From Macrostomum lignano (Eukaryota): a stretch of 64,000 bases of DNA. Below are positions 22,747 through 32,649 of this stretch, piece after piece. Position 1 is the stretch's first letter, and each line of letters begins with the position of its first letter. Below the pieces are notes generated by a model, which was not told the origin of the DNA, made no database searches, and was given only the letters and a program-made list of their open reading frames with translations. The stretch is from NCBI GenBank assembly GCA_002269645.1, contig NIVC01000095.1, positions 558,001 through 622,000 of the forward strand. The letters are read 5' to 3'. Made by a program: the position numbers and the translations under genes.

Positions 22747-24101
22747 CTCACTTAAGCAAAATTAGTGTTTCTTGCTACTCAAATTTTAAATTAACAATTT
22801 TCGCTATTGTTTGATTTTTTCAGTCTTTAAACTTACTCAAATATACAGTAAAATGCGAATTTCTTGACTGAATGAAGTCGGCGCTGTGCATTTTCACAAC
22901 TAAAGAGTGACTTACGACAGGTCCGACCTGTCTTAGATTTACGGCGGAACTTAAGAAGCCGAAGTGACCTACGAAAGTTTCACCAAACGCAAATTTACGC
23001 TTGCGCGATGACTTAAGAAGCTTCTTAAATCTAAGAACGGTCTTAAGATACGATTGTTTCACCGAACATTTTACGACACGGCGCAAACGTAAGTTCCAAC
23101 TTAAGGATACGCAAGCTTTATAAAACGGGCCCATGGACAAACAGAGTGATTCAGAACCCTACGTGGGACCAACGGCTGTTTGATCAAGGAACCGTTTTCT
23201 AACCAACAACCGGTTTCCAACGGAGACCAATCTCTGAGGGACCACACTTGTCCAATTGGTAAGCGTTTACCGGATTCAGTTCTTTGATTGTTAGACTTAA
23301 TAAGTTGATTAATTGAGTTTATGAGAGCCGTTTATTGTCGATACATTTGAGAAAGGCCTCCTTGTTTCCTAGGATATATTCCTAGAGGATTTATTGATTT
23401 GATTTGAGTTATCCGTTACGCTTCGGGCGTAGCGAAGAAGACGCCCTTCAGGAGGACCTATTACAGAAACCTAGAGAATTCAAATGTTCATTAGAGCGCA
23501 CGTGCCATTGTTAATTCCGAGCTCGAGGACCTTCAAGAAATTCTGCCTCGCTCTCGCTTTTGGTTGACCCAGATAAAGTCAACGACTCACAGAGACAACA
23601 CCTCACCGCCGCCGAACCAAGAAGTCAAGAAGCTACTAAAAGAGCTACTCCAGTAAGAGTTATTTGATTTTGCACATGCCTAGTTACCCAGTGTCTAGAA
23701 GTCGGAGTTTTTTATTAGTGACTGATCACCACTCTTAAACTCTTCAACATTCATTAACATTTAAGTTCGGATTCATCGGGGCGTTATTCTCACTAAAGTC
23801 ATTGGATCATTTGGATTAAAAAATTGAGACACCAATCAACATGGACCACTAAAGTAACGGTCTTATCGAAACGTGACTTTTAATGCTCCTTGGTTATCAG
23901 TTTATAGGTACGAGTAGTAACCAGATTAAATCTCTAATATATTTTTTAAGTTTAACCAGAAACGATTTTGATGTGTTTTGTATTTGATGTGGTTTGTAAT
24001 CGAATCGTAGCGAATCAAACACGTTTTTTTACCTTATTTATCCACCACCAACATTGTTGTTTAATAGCTGAGATAAGGTAGCCACTCAATTTGATACGCT
24101 C

Positions 24102-24388
24102 TCAGCAATGGTTTTTATCGACTTCAAACACGGCATTAATCATCCGACCGCCGCAGATTTGATTGGAATCGCCGGCGCAGGGCAATCGACAATCGGAACG
24201 CTCGGCCTCGCCATTGTTGCCGTAGTTGTCGCCACAGCGGCACTGGTTGCCCTCCCGCAAGGCGAACACCGACGTGCCACGTTTCGAACAGAGACAGTTG
24301 CACTTCTGACGGTTCATGTCATTGCTCGTCGACGCAAGTGAAGCGAAATCGGGCCAATGATTGCTCTCAAAAAAGCAGCCGACAAAGT
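24102..24388 (-). CDS. F-type lectin-WSC gene, terminal exon: WSC domain
   Basis: FVGCF..M..KC.C.C...G.....G.QC.CG......DC..PC.G...ICGG....AVF fits the WSC cysteine pattern. Acceptor tttccag, phase 1. Confidence 0.88.
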
Positions 24389-24642
24389 CTGGAAATTACG
24401 CACACAAAAAAGCCATTGCATTGATTTTAAAAAGAAGCAACTATCTTGTGCTGCGCGATATATCATCTATCTTCTTGTTTTAAAATTTATTAACCACTAC
24501 ACCAAAACTTTCACTGCAAAAGCAATCGTTAAAAGATTATCAGCGTAGTATTACTGAATAAGAATACACCCACGATTAATTGAATTAATCAATAATCGAT
24601 TGAAAAAAAATTACATTCAAGTTAAAACATAAAAGCACTTAC

Positions 24643-25050
24643 GTCCAGCTTTAATGGTACTCTTCTTCTTTTCCCCAAAGACTTGAACTTCGCATAGAGT
24701 CAAGGGTGAGCGCTTGCGATTGTTGATGCGAATCTGCTGGCCGACCTTATTGCACTGGAACGTCTTCACAGAGAAGAAGCCGCTCGACTTGAACGAGGCG
24801 CACTCTTGACCGTCGACTGTGATTGAAAAGTCGTTGAGTCTCTCTGAGCAGCAGTCGAGTCGGTTGTAGATTCGAATCTTCCTGACGAGTGATCGCTCCT
24901 TGAGAGTCGCTTGCCACCAGCCCAGCTCAGATTTTGTGTGGGTGCAGCTATTTAAATGCCAGTTAGGATTGGTGTTACCATCGAATGCTCTTTGACAAAC
25001 ACCCTTGACTGCTGTAGAACTTTGAGAGCACGACACGAGAGGAAGACGGT
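24643..25050 (-). CDS. Lectin exon FTP-B' (F-type lectin domain)
   Basis: RAFDG, SCTHT, WWQ, NRLDCCSERL, LCEVQVFG. Acceptor tttttag, donor gtaagt, phase 1/1. Confidence 0.92.
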
Positions 25051-25135
25051 CTAAAAATAAAAGGAAATAGTTGTTACTCAAGCACCGTATTACGCATCGA
25101 AATGGATAAAAATACATATTGACAAATAGTCTTAC

Positions 25136-25540
25136 TCTTTGGAGTTCGCAGTTTGACTTCCTTTCCATACACCTGCACTTCGCAGAGAGTCAGTGGTGAC
25201 GTTTTACGGTTCTTCACGGTCACAACTTGACCGATCCTGTTGCATTTGAAAGCGCGAATTGAGAAGAAACTGTTGGACTTGTACGACGCGCATTCATGCC
25301 CGTCGACCATGATTACGAAGTTGTTCAGTCGTTCTGAGCAACAGTCCATTCGGTTGAAGATTCGAACCGTCCGAATGTGAGACAGCGACTTGGTTCTCGC
25401 CTGCCACCAGCCCTTCTCGTTTTTGGTGTGAGTGCAGGACTTGTGGCCATAGAGTTGGTGATCGTTGTTGTCGATGGCTCGACTGCAGACGCCTCCAGCA
25501 GCGGTTGAAGACTGTTGGCATTGCAACATTGGGAGCCTCG
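25136..25540 (-). CDS. Lectin exon FTP-C
   Basis: RAIDN, SCTHT, WWQ, NRMDCCSERL, LCEVQVYG. Acceptor atttcag, donor gtaaga, phase 1/1. Confidence 0.92.
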
Positions 25541-26019
25541 CTGAAATCAGAGAAATGTGTTTAACTATTTAGTTCTATGCGATTCCCGTAAAATGTTTCT
25601 ATTGACTAAAGCCTTCTCGTACCGCCATAAGGATTTCCTGAAAGGTAATTTCCGAAGATCTGCACTTCGCAAACAGTCAGCGGAGTGTTGATTCGGTTCT
25701 TGATTACCAGCATCTGTTCTGGAGGTTTATATTTTGTTATACGAGCTCGTATTTTTGGGGGTTTTGCTAATTTAATCGTACATGTATTTTTTCTTTATTT
25801 AATGTACATGAGCCAACCCCCCTCTCTCTCTGCTAACCTCACCCCCATGTTAAATATTAATTAAAAAGGGCGTGATTTTGGTAAGCGTGCTTTTTGCTAA
25901 GTGGTTGTTTGTTTTGTTTGCCTGCGCGAGAACGCAGAGGTATTGAAAGGCTACAAACATCCGATTTTCGCCTACTTAATTATTTTTCGGTTTTTTGAAG
26001 AGTTAGTCGATTTAACAAC

Positions 26020-26037
26020 TGGTAGCAGAGCGTGGTT
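26020..26037 (+). promoter_or_regulatory. Primer-binding site, initiator-Met-tRNA-like
   Basis: TGGTAGCAGAGCGTGGTT starts 2 nt after the LTR and is complementary to the conserved metazoan tRNA-iMet 3' end (...CTCTGCTACCA). Confidence 0.75.
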
Positions 26038-26042
26038 GGAAA

Positions 26043-29000
26043 ATGCAAAAGGACGGAGAAGAATTCGAGTCGAACTACCCGCCGGCTGACGAGGAAGAAC
26101 GCAAGCTGATGGACGCGAAGGCCGCCAAGACGAGGGCCAAGGCCGCATTCACCAAAGGAAGAAACCGGCTGGTGCAACAACTCGCTGCTGGTGGTCAAGA
26201 CGGTGCCGAAGTACAACAGCAAGCGACTCTCATGGAGAAGCTGTTCGAGGCTGTGACAACTGAGCTGGAGAAGCTGCTGGAGCTCGCCGGAAACGACCTG
26301 CCACTGCGTCGCCAAACGATCAAGGAGCTAGAGAATGCTGAAAAGGACTACGGTGAGACTGTGGGTCTGATGACCGAGTTCTGGAAAGATCGTAGCAGAA
26401 GTGAAGCAGCTGAGAGGGAGGAACAGGATCGCTTGGCGGAGTCTGAAGAACAGCAGAGGCGTGAGGAAGAGCAGCGAAAAGTGCAAGCCGCAGAGCACAG
26501 AGCGCTGGAGTTGGAAGAGGTGCAGAGAGAGCTAGAGAGAGACTATCAACAACGGCACGAGCAGTTGGCAGACGAACTGAGGCGACTGAAAATTGTTACT
26601 GGCAGCACTAAGGCAGAGAGCCCGTGTGAAAGGGCTAGCCCAGGTTCAGGTTTGGCTGAACAGTCGATTGGGGCTGAGGTGGGTGTAAGCGCTGCGCCAG
26701 ACAGGAGTGAAAAAGCTGATTGGACTGCCCACGAAGGGGGGTCAGGCGAGCGATCGATAAAACTAAACCCTGCACCCAGGCCAGCCACCTCACAGTCAGC
26801 CAGTGTACAGTGGCAACTCAGAGAGCCAATCGTTCAGCAGGAGTGTACACAGAGGGTGAGAGAAGAAGCGGAGAGGCAGGTCAGTTTGGACATGTGGCGG
26901 CAATTGCAGCGGGTGGCGATTCCCAGTTTCTCAGGTGATAAGCGTCAATACGAAGGGTGGAAGGCGGCCTTTTACGCGTGTGTAGATGCTGCACCCTCCT
27001 CTCGAGTGTACAAGCTATTGCAACTGAGGCAGTGTCTGCAGGGCGATGCGCTAAAGCTAATAGCCAACCTAGGTCATTCTGAATTTGCGTACAAGGCGGC
27101 TCTGGATAGGTTGGAGAGAGAATATGGAGGAGAGAGGCGCCGGCTGGTGCTAGTGTTGGAGGACCTGGACCGTTTTCGGCCCATTGTGACGGAGAGTGCG
27201 CCTCAGTTGAAGAAGCTGGCTGATCTGGTGGATGTAGCGGTTATCAATCTGATGGAGGCGGGTCGTGAAGCTGAACTAGACAGCAATGGATTGCTTCATC
27301 TTCGCGTGCAAAAGAAATTGCCGACTGACACCCTGGCACGGTATCACCGATGGGTCGGGGAGAATGGCAGAAATGACACGCTCAGCGCTCTTCATCAATG
27401 GCTGCTGCGGGAGGCTGAGTATCAGACGGTTGCTATGGAGGCAGTGCATGGAGTTGCGGCACAGAATGGGCCAGGAGCAGGGAAGATGGAGCAAAGTAAG
27501 AAATTCAGCGGGATGCAGCGCACGGAAACAGCTCGAACGCATTTTGGCGCTGTCGCGGAGTCAACGAGAGCCGATGAGCAGCGCAAGAAAAACTGCCGTG
27601 TCTGTGAAGGAAGCCATGGCGCCTGGGAGTGCCCGAAGTTTGCGGAGATGGATGTAGTGAAGCGATGGGCCGTTGCTCGTGAGAAGAAGCTGTGCTTTCA
27701 TTGTCTCGGCGTCAATCACTCTGGTTTAGCTTGTCGGCGGTCTAGAACCTGTGGCGTAGATGGTTGCCAGGGAAAACACCATCGAATGCTTCACCAGAAG
27801 CGGGAGCCGAAACCAGCAGCTGCAGTGACGAGAGGCGGCGAAGGAGAGGCACGAAAACCCGCGGAGGACATATCAGCGGCGACGAAGAAGGAGTGCACTA
27901 TGCTGGCCGAAGTCGTAAAGGAAACTGCGTTGAGGACGGTGCCGGTGATATTGGTGGCTGGTGAGCGCCAAGTTCGGATCAACGCGTTGCTTGATGATGC
28001 AAGTACGCGCACGTACCTCAATGCGGACGTAGCAGCAGAGCTGGGACTCGAAGGTAAACTTCAGCGCATAAACGTTAAGGTGCTCAACGGAGGAGTCGAG
28101 TCGTTTGAAACAGCGCCTGTAGAGGTGACAGTCCGGAGTGTCGATGCAGCGTTTGAGACAAAAATTGTTGCTTTCACAGCGGAGAAAGTAACCGGCGGAA
28201 TGAAGGCAGTTGATTGGAGTCAACTGGCGGAGCACTGGGCGCATCTGAGAGGCATTCCGTTTGAGTCAACATCAAGCCGGAAGACGGTTGACATGCTTAT
28301 CGGTGTCGACAATGCCGAGATGCATCTGGCTTGCAAAGAAGTCTGTGGAATGCCAGGGGAACCAATAGCTCGACTGACTCCTATTGGATGGACCTGCATC
28401 GGGCAGTTAGGTTCGGATGAGGGAAGCAGCAAGAGCGGGGAATCGTTCCTCTGCCACGAGTGTCAAGATCAGGTCGACAGTCAGGTTCGAAGGTTGTGGG
28501 CGATCGAGGAAGTTCCTGATGTAGCTGAGCTGAACCGCGAAAGAGGTTGTAGCCTAGGGGTAAGAGCGTCAGAAACCATTCTGAAGTCGACCTACATGGA
28601 CGACAGTTTGGACTCGGTGAACAGCGTCCATGAAGCTATCCAGTTGCGCCGCGAACTGACAGCTCTGTGGGAAAAAGCCGGCATGCGTGCGAGAAAATGG
28701 ATGTCGAACGCGTCTGAGGTGTTGGAGACAGTAGCTCCGGAGGATCGAGCGGTGAAAGCGCAGCACGTGCTTCGTGGAGAAATGGCGACGTCGAAGGCGT
28801 TGGGAGTGACTTGGACAGCCAATGATGATATGCTCGCGATCACGGGAAATGCAGGTGCGAAGGAAGTGTCCGTTGAGTCGAAACGACAGCTGCTCAAGCG
28901 CGTTGCGATGGTGTTCGACCCATGCGGGTTTCTGAGTCCATTTACAATTCGCGGGCGAATTCTTCTGCAGGAGATTTGGCAGAATGGAGCGGATTGGGAT

Positions 29001-31184
29001 GAGCCCTTGGACCAGCAAGTTGCCGCGAAGGCTACGCAATGGGCAGCGGAGATTGAAGAGTTGAGCATGCTGAAAATTCCACGATGTCTATGGCCTGATC
29101 CTACCAAAAAGGCAGTGCTACACGTCTTTGTGGATGCATCTCAGGTGGCTTACGGCGCGGTAATCTATCTCAGGAGCGCCACAAGCCTGGACAAAATCTG
29201 TGCTCGTCTTGTAGCCGCAAAAGCACGTGTAGCTCCATTGGCAGCATGCAGCATCCCCAGACTCGAGCTCATGGCGGCGGTGCTTGGCGTGCGACTCGCC
29301 CAGACGGTGGCAGATGCGCTCGATTTAGACCTGAGAGAGTCTGTGTTCTGGAGTGACAGTGCAAATGTGCTCTGGTGGCTTCGAGGTCGCAGTAGAATTT
29401 TCAAGCCGTTCGTAGCAAATCGTGTTGCGTTCATTCAGGAGGCGGTGAAGACTTGTCAGTGGCGTCACGTGCCGACCGATCTGAACCCCGCTGATGCCGT
29501 ATCGCGAGGCTGTAGCGCCAAGGACCTTTGCCAATCAGCGGTCTGGAGCGCGGGACCAGAGTTTCTGCTGCTAGATGAGGATGGCTGGCCGGCAAGGCTA
29601 GTTCCGACATCGGTTGACGGAGATCAAGAAGTTCGGCGAGAGGCGAGCAAGAGTAGTAAATCGGCGGCCGTAACTCTGTTGTCGAACGACACCACAGACA
29701 ACGATTGGCGTTTGAATCCAGAGCGATTTTCGAGCTACCGCAGGCTGCGTAGCGTGACAGCATGGGTTCAGCGCTTCATCAGTAATTGCCGACTTCCGCG
29801 AGATGAGAGACGACTTGGTGACCTGGAAGTCGAGGAGCTGCAAGAAGCTGAGGATCGAATCCTACGCGTGGCTCAGGAAGAAGCTTTCAAAGCAGAAGTT
29901 CAGCAGGTGCGTAGGGGAAGGCTAGTCTCCTCCAGCAGTCAGCTCCGCTGTCTCCAACCATTTCTTGATGAGGACGGACTGCTGCGAGTGGACGGAAGAC
30001 TGAAGTTCGACCAGAATCTGTCATATCAGTCCAAGCATCCGGTCATTCTGCCGAGGCGAAGTTGGGTCACGAAGTTGTTGGTGAAGCACTATCACGAAGA
30101 TCAAGGACATGGCGGAACAAACCAGACGCTGGCAGCGATGTCGACGAAGTTTTGGGTAGTCGGTGGGCGCGAAGCCATTCGAGAATGGGAGAAGGAGTGC
30201 GCGCGATGCAGAAGGCAAAAAGCAGGACCGGAGGTGCAGCAGATGGCGCCGCTGCCAGAGGTCAGGCTGAAGAACTCTCTCCGAGCGTTCAGCTTTGTGG
30301 CAGTCGACTTCGGTGGTCCGTTTGAAACGGTACAAGGGCGCGGAAGACGGCGAACGAAGAGGTATTTGGCCCTGTTCACCTGTTTGGAGACGAGAGCCGT
30401 GCACCTGGAAATGGCGTACAGCTTGGATTCTGACTCATTTCTGAATGCTTTCGCGCGCATGATCAACCGTAGAGGCCGGCCACTCGAAGTTTACTCCGAT
30501 AACGGCGGCAACTTTGTCAAAGGCGAGCGAGAACTACGAGAATTCGAAAACGAGCAGCAGAACAAAATCCAGAGAGCGGCAGCTGAGCGCGGCATCAAGT
30601 GGCGCTTCCAGCCTCCGTCGGCGCCCCATTTCGGCGGCGCCCACGAAGTTATGGTTCGCGCCGCTAAGCGAGCTGTGCGCGCCATCCTTAGCAACGCTGA
30701 CATCACCGACGAAGAGCTGCATTCCGCCTTCACTGGTGCGGAAGCGCTCATCAATTCCAGGCCGTTGACATACCAAACCGCAAGCCCAAAGGACGACACG
30801 CCGTTGACGCCAAACCATTTCTTGCATGGACAGCTGGGTGGTGACTTTGCTACGGAAGTCTCGACCGAGGTCAGCCGCGACCCGCGCCGGCGGTGGCGAC
30901 GTGTCCAAGAGCTGGTGCGGCACTTCTGGCACCGATGGCTGCGTGAGTGGGTGCCAAGACTCAATGCCAAATCGAAGTGGGTCAAGGAGCAGCCGGATCT
31001 CGCCGTCGGCGACATCGTCTTGGCGCTACGAGCGGATGCACCTCGAGGACACTGGCCGCTCGGGCGAGTTCTCGAGGTATTTCCTGGACGAGACGGCCAT
31101 GTGCGCGTGGCCAAGGTGCGGACTGGCGGTGGGACAGTGCTGCGACCCGTGACGAAGTTGTGTCTGCTGCAGCGAGGTGAATAG
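26043..31184 (+). CDS. BEL/Pao gag-pol polyprotein (1713 aa), RT core largely deleted
   Basis: DUF1759-like gag (IPSFSGD..W), three Cys/His knuckles, protease LLDDAS, YMDD, RNase H (FVDAS, PRLELMAA, WSDS), and integrase (H-H-C-C, VDFGGP, SDNG, GGAHE). Confidence 0.96.
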   Translation: MQKDGEEFESNYPPADEEERKLMDAKAAKTRAKAAFTKGRNRLVQQLAAGGQDGAEVQQQATLMEKLFEAVTTELEKLLELAGNDLPLRRQTIKELENAEKDYGETVGLMTEFWKDRSRSEAAEREEQDRLAESEEQQRREEEQRKVQAAEHRALELEEVQRELERDYQQRHEQLADELRRLKIVTGSTKAESPCERASPGSGLAEQSIGAEVGVSAAPDRSEKADWTAHEGGSGERSIKLNPAPRPATSQSASVQWQLREPIVQQECTQRVREEAERQVSLDMWRQLQRVAIPSFSGDKRQYEGWKAAFYACVDAAPSSRVYKLLQLRQCLQGDALKLIANLGHSEFAYKAALDRLEREYGGERRRLVLVLEDLDRFRPIVTESAPQLKKLADLVDVAVINLMEAGREAELDSNGLLHLRVQKKLPTDTLARYHRWVGENGRNDTLSALHQWLLREAEYQTVAMEAVHGVAAQNGPGAGKMEQSKKFSGMQRTETARTHFGAVAESTRADEQRKKNCRVCEGSHGAWECPKFAEMDVVKRWAVAREKKLCFHCLGVNHSGLACRRSRTCGVDGCQGKHHRMLHQKREPKPAAAVTRGGEGEARKPAEDISAATKKECTMLAEVVKETALRTVPVILVAGERQVRINALLDDASTRTYLNADVAAELGLEGKLQRINVKVLNGGVESFETAPVEVTVRSVDAAFETKIVAFTAEKVTGGMKAVDWSQLAEHWAHLRGIPFESTSSRKTVDMLIGVDNAEMHLACKEVCGMPGEPIARLTPIGWTCIGQLGSDEGSSKSGESFLCHECQDQVDSQVRRLWAIEEVPDVAELNRERGCSLGVRASETILKSTYMDDSLDSVNSVHEAIQLRRELTALWEKAGMRARKWMSNASEVLETVAPEDRAVKAQHVLRGEMATSKALGVTWTANDDMLAITGNAGAKEVSVESKRQLLKRVAMVFDPCGFLSPFTIRGRILLQEIWQNGADWDEPLDQQVAAKATQWAAEIEELSMLKIPRCLWPDPTKKAVLHVFVDASQVAYGAVIYLRSATSLDKICARLVAAKARVAPLAACSIPRLELMAAVLGVRLAQTVADALDLDLRESVFWSDSANVLWWLRGRSRIFKPFVANRVAFIQEAVKTCQWRHVPTDLNPADAVSRGCSAKDLCQSAVWSAGPEFLLLDEDGWPARLVPTSVDGDQEVRREASKSSKSAAVTLLSNDTTDNDWRLNPERFSSYRRLRSVTAWVQRFISNCRLPRDERRLGDLEVEELQEAEDRILRVAQEEAFKAEVQQVRRGRLVSSSSQLRCLQPFLDEDGLLRVDGRLKFDQNLSYQSKHPVILPRRSWVTKLLVKHYHEDQGHGGTNQTLAAMSTKFWVVGGREAIREWEKECARCRRQKAGPEVQQMAPLPEVRLKNSLRAFSFVAVDFGGPFETVQGRGRRRTKRYLALFTCLETRAVHLEMAYSLDSDSFLNAFARMINRRGRPLEVYSDNGGNFVKGERELREFENEQQNKIQRAAAERGIKWRFQPPSAPHFGGAHEVMVRAAKRAVRAILSNADITDEELHSAFTGAEALINSRPLTYQTASPKDDTPLTPNHFLHGQLGGDFATEVSTEVSRDPRRRWRRVQELVRHFWHRWLREWVPRLNAKSKWVKEQPDLAVGDIVLALRADAPRGHWPLGRVLEVFPGRDGHVRVAKVRTGGGTVLRPVTKLCLLQRGE

Positions 31185-32649
31185 TGACTGTTGACTTATT
31201 GCTAAACAAAACTTTTCAAATATGTAGTTTTTTGACGGCTAGTTTATGGTGTTTGGAATTATTTATCTTTTTCGTGTCATTATTTGCCGTTTTTTGCTCC
31301 TAATAGCTGAAGTGGTGATGGATTGCTTATTTTTGCGTATTTTGTGTTTTTTTATTCTGAGTAAAAAGACCTGTTGCTTGCTTGAATGCGAGTTCTTTTG
31401 GCAGTTTTTGTGCTTTGATATTTTTCATATGTTTACAGCCAACTGCAGCCAACTGATGAAGAGGGATTATTTAAGTTTTCAAGACATTTTTCATCCCGTG
31501 TTATTTCACTAATTATCGTTTGAGCATCTTTGAGTTCGTTTGTGTTCGTTTCTTAGCAGAGATTTTTTGTGTTGGCTAGCGATTGCAAAGGTTTATATTT
31601 GGCACACTATCTTTTGATCCCAATTGACACTTCACATTGCATGCGTTCTTAATGTTAATTTCTGATTTCGCGCGATTTATTTTTTTGTTTACAGGAGTTT
31701 ACTGTTTTTTCGAATTATGCTTGCAACCGTTTCAATTAATTGTACCTAAGTTTCTGGGAGGCGATTTTTTTCTGCTTTTTTTGCTGATTGGCCCCAATCA
31801 GGAAGGGGGGAATGTTCTGGAGGTTTATATTTTGTTATACGAGCTCGTATTTTTGGGGGTTTTGCTAATTTAATCGTACATGTATTTTTTCTTTATTTAA
31901 TGTACATGAGCCAACCCCCCTCTCTCTCTGCTAACCTCACCCCCATGTTAAATATTAATTAAAAAGGGCGTGATTTTGGTAAGCGTGCTTTTTGCTAAGT
32001 GGTTGTTTGTTTTGTTTGCCTGCGCGAGAACGCAGAGGTATTGAAAGGCTACAAACATCCGATTTTCGCCTACTTAATTATTTTTCGGTTTTTTGAAGAG
32101 TTAGTCGATTTAACAGCATCTGACCGACTTTGTTACACCTGAAGGTCTTCACTGAAAATGACTTTCTCGAACTGTAGGACTGCTCGCATTCTTGACCATC
32201 GAGAAAGATAGAGAAGCTGTTGAGTTTGTCTGAGCAGCAGTCGAGCCTGTTGTAGATTCGAACAAAGCGCACTCGAGCGAAGCCCTTTATGGCGGCTTGC
32301 CAAAAGCCTTTCTCGGCATTTGTGTGCGTGCACGAGCCTGCGCCATAGTTCTGGTTGGTTCTTCCATCGAAGGCTCTCTCGCACACGCCTCCAGCTGCCG
32401 TAGAGCTTTGGTAGCACGCAGCAAACTTCAGTTGGGCTGAAATACAAAATTGGCAGCATGGAAAGTTAATAGTAGCGTATTTTTTCAAGTAACGGATAAG
32501 AAGATTCGGAGAGACTCCGAGTTCCAAGCAGTCAGCGGCGTTAAGCCCCATAACAACACTTAAAAGTTTTTTTTAATCTTACAAAATAGAAGCTAGGTAT
32601 TGGAAGAAAGCCCCAAGAAGCCGGCACCTACAATAACCAAAACAAATAT

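Larger units (their letters stand above)
20077..23132. mobile_element. PIF/Harbinger DNA transposon, full length, inactivated
   Basis: 25-bp TIRs GGGCCCGTT(C/T)TATAAA(A/G)CTT(T/G)CGTA (22/25 identical), divergent transposase and Myb/SANT genes, and clustered subterminal ACTTAAG/ACTTACG motifs. Confidence 0.92.
25715..32115 (+). mobile_element. BEL/Pao LTR retrotransposon, 6401 bp, very recent insertion
   Basis: 303-bp LTRs (25715-26017, 31813-32115; TGTT...AACA) with no difference seen by eye. TSD GCATC, PBS at 26020, PPT AGGAAGGGGGGAA at 31800-31812. The empty site is visible in the paralogous exon near 37549. Confidence 0.97.
25623..32436 (-). pseudogene. Lectin exon FTP-A' split by the BEL/Pao insertion (parts 32116-32436 and 25623-25714)
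   Basis: The two halves minus the 5-bp TSD rejoin to 408 nt, the same length as FTP-A (37463-37870) and nearly identical to it. Read-through into the LTR stops at 32078-32080. Confidence 0.9.

Noticed and set aside
23135-23900. Unexplained non-coding segment flanking the Harbinger (with 19640-20060)
   Set aside because: It may be an older element split by the insertion, but no ORF, terminal repeat or second copy is visible in this window.
31246-31873. env-like ORFs in the BEL 3' region
   Set aside because: They are short T-rich hydrophobic frames with no signal peptide, furin site or fusion-protein features.
25710-32130. Precise splicing-out of the BEL element using LTR-end AACAG as acceptor
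   Set aside because: An in-frame product would need a weak donor (AAA|gtcggt) and an acceptor with no pyrimidine tract. Exon skipping is more plausible, and RT-PCR could still test it.
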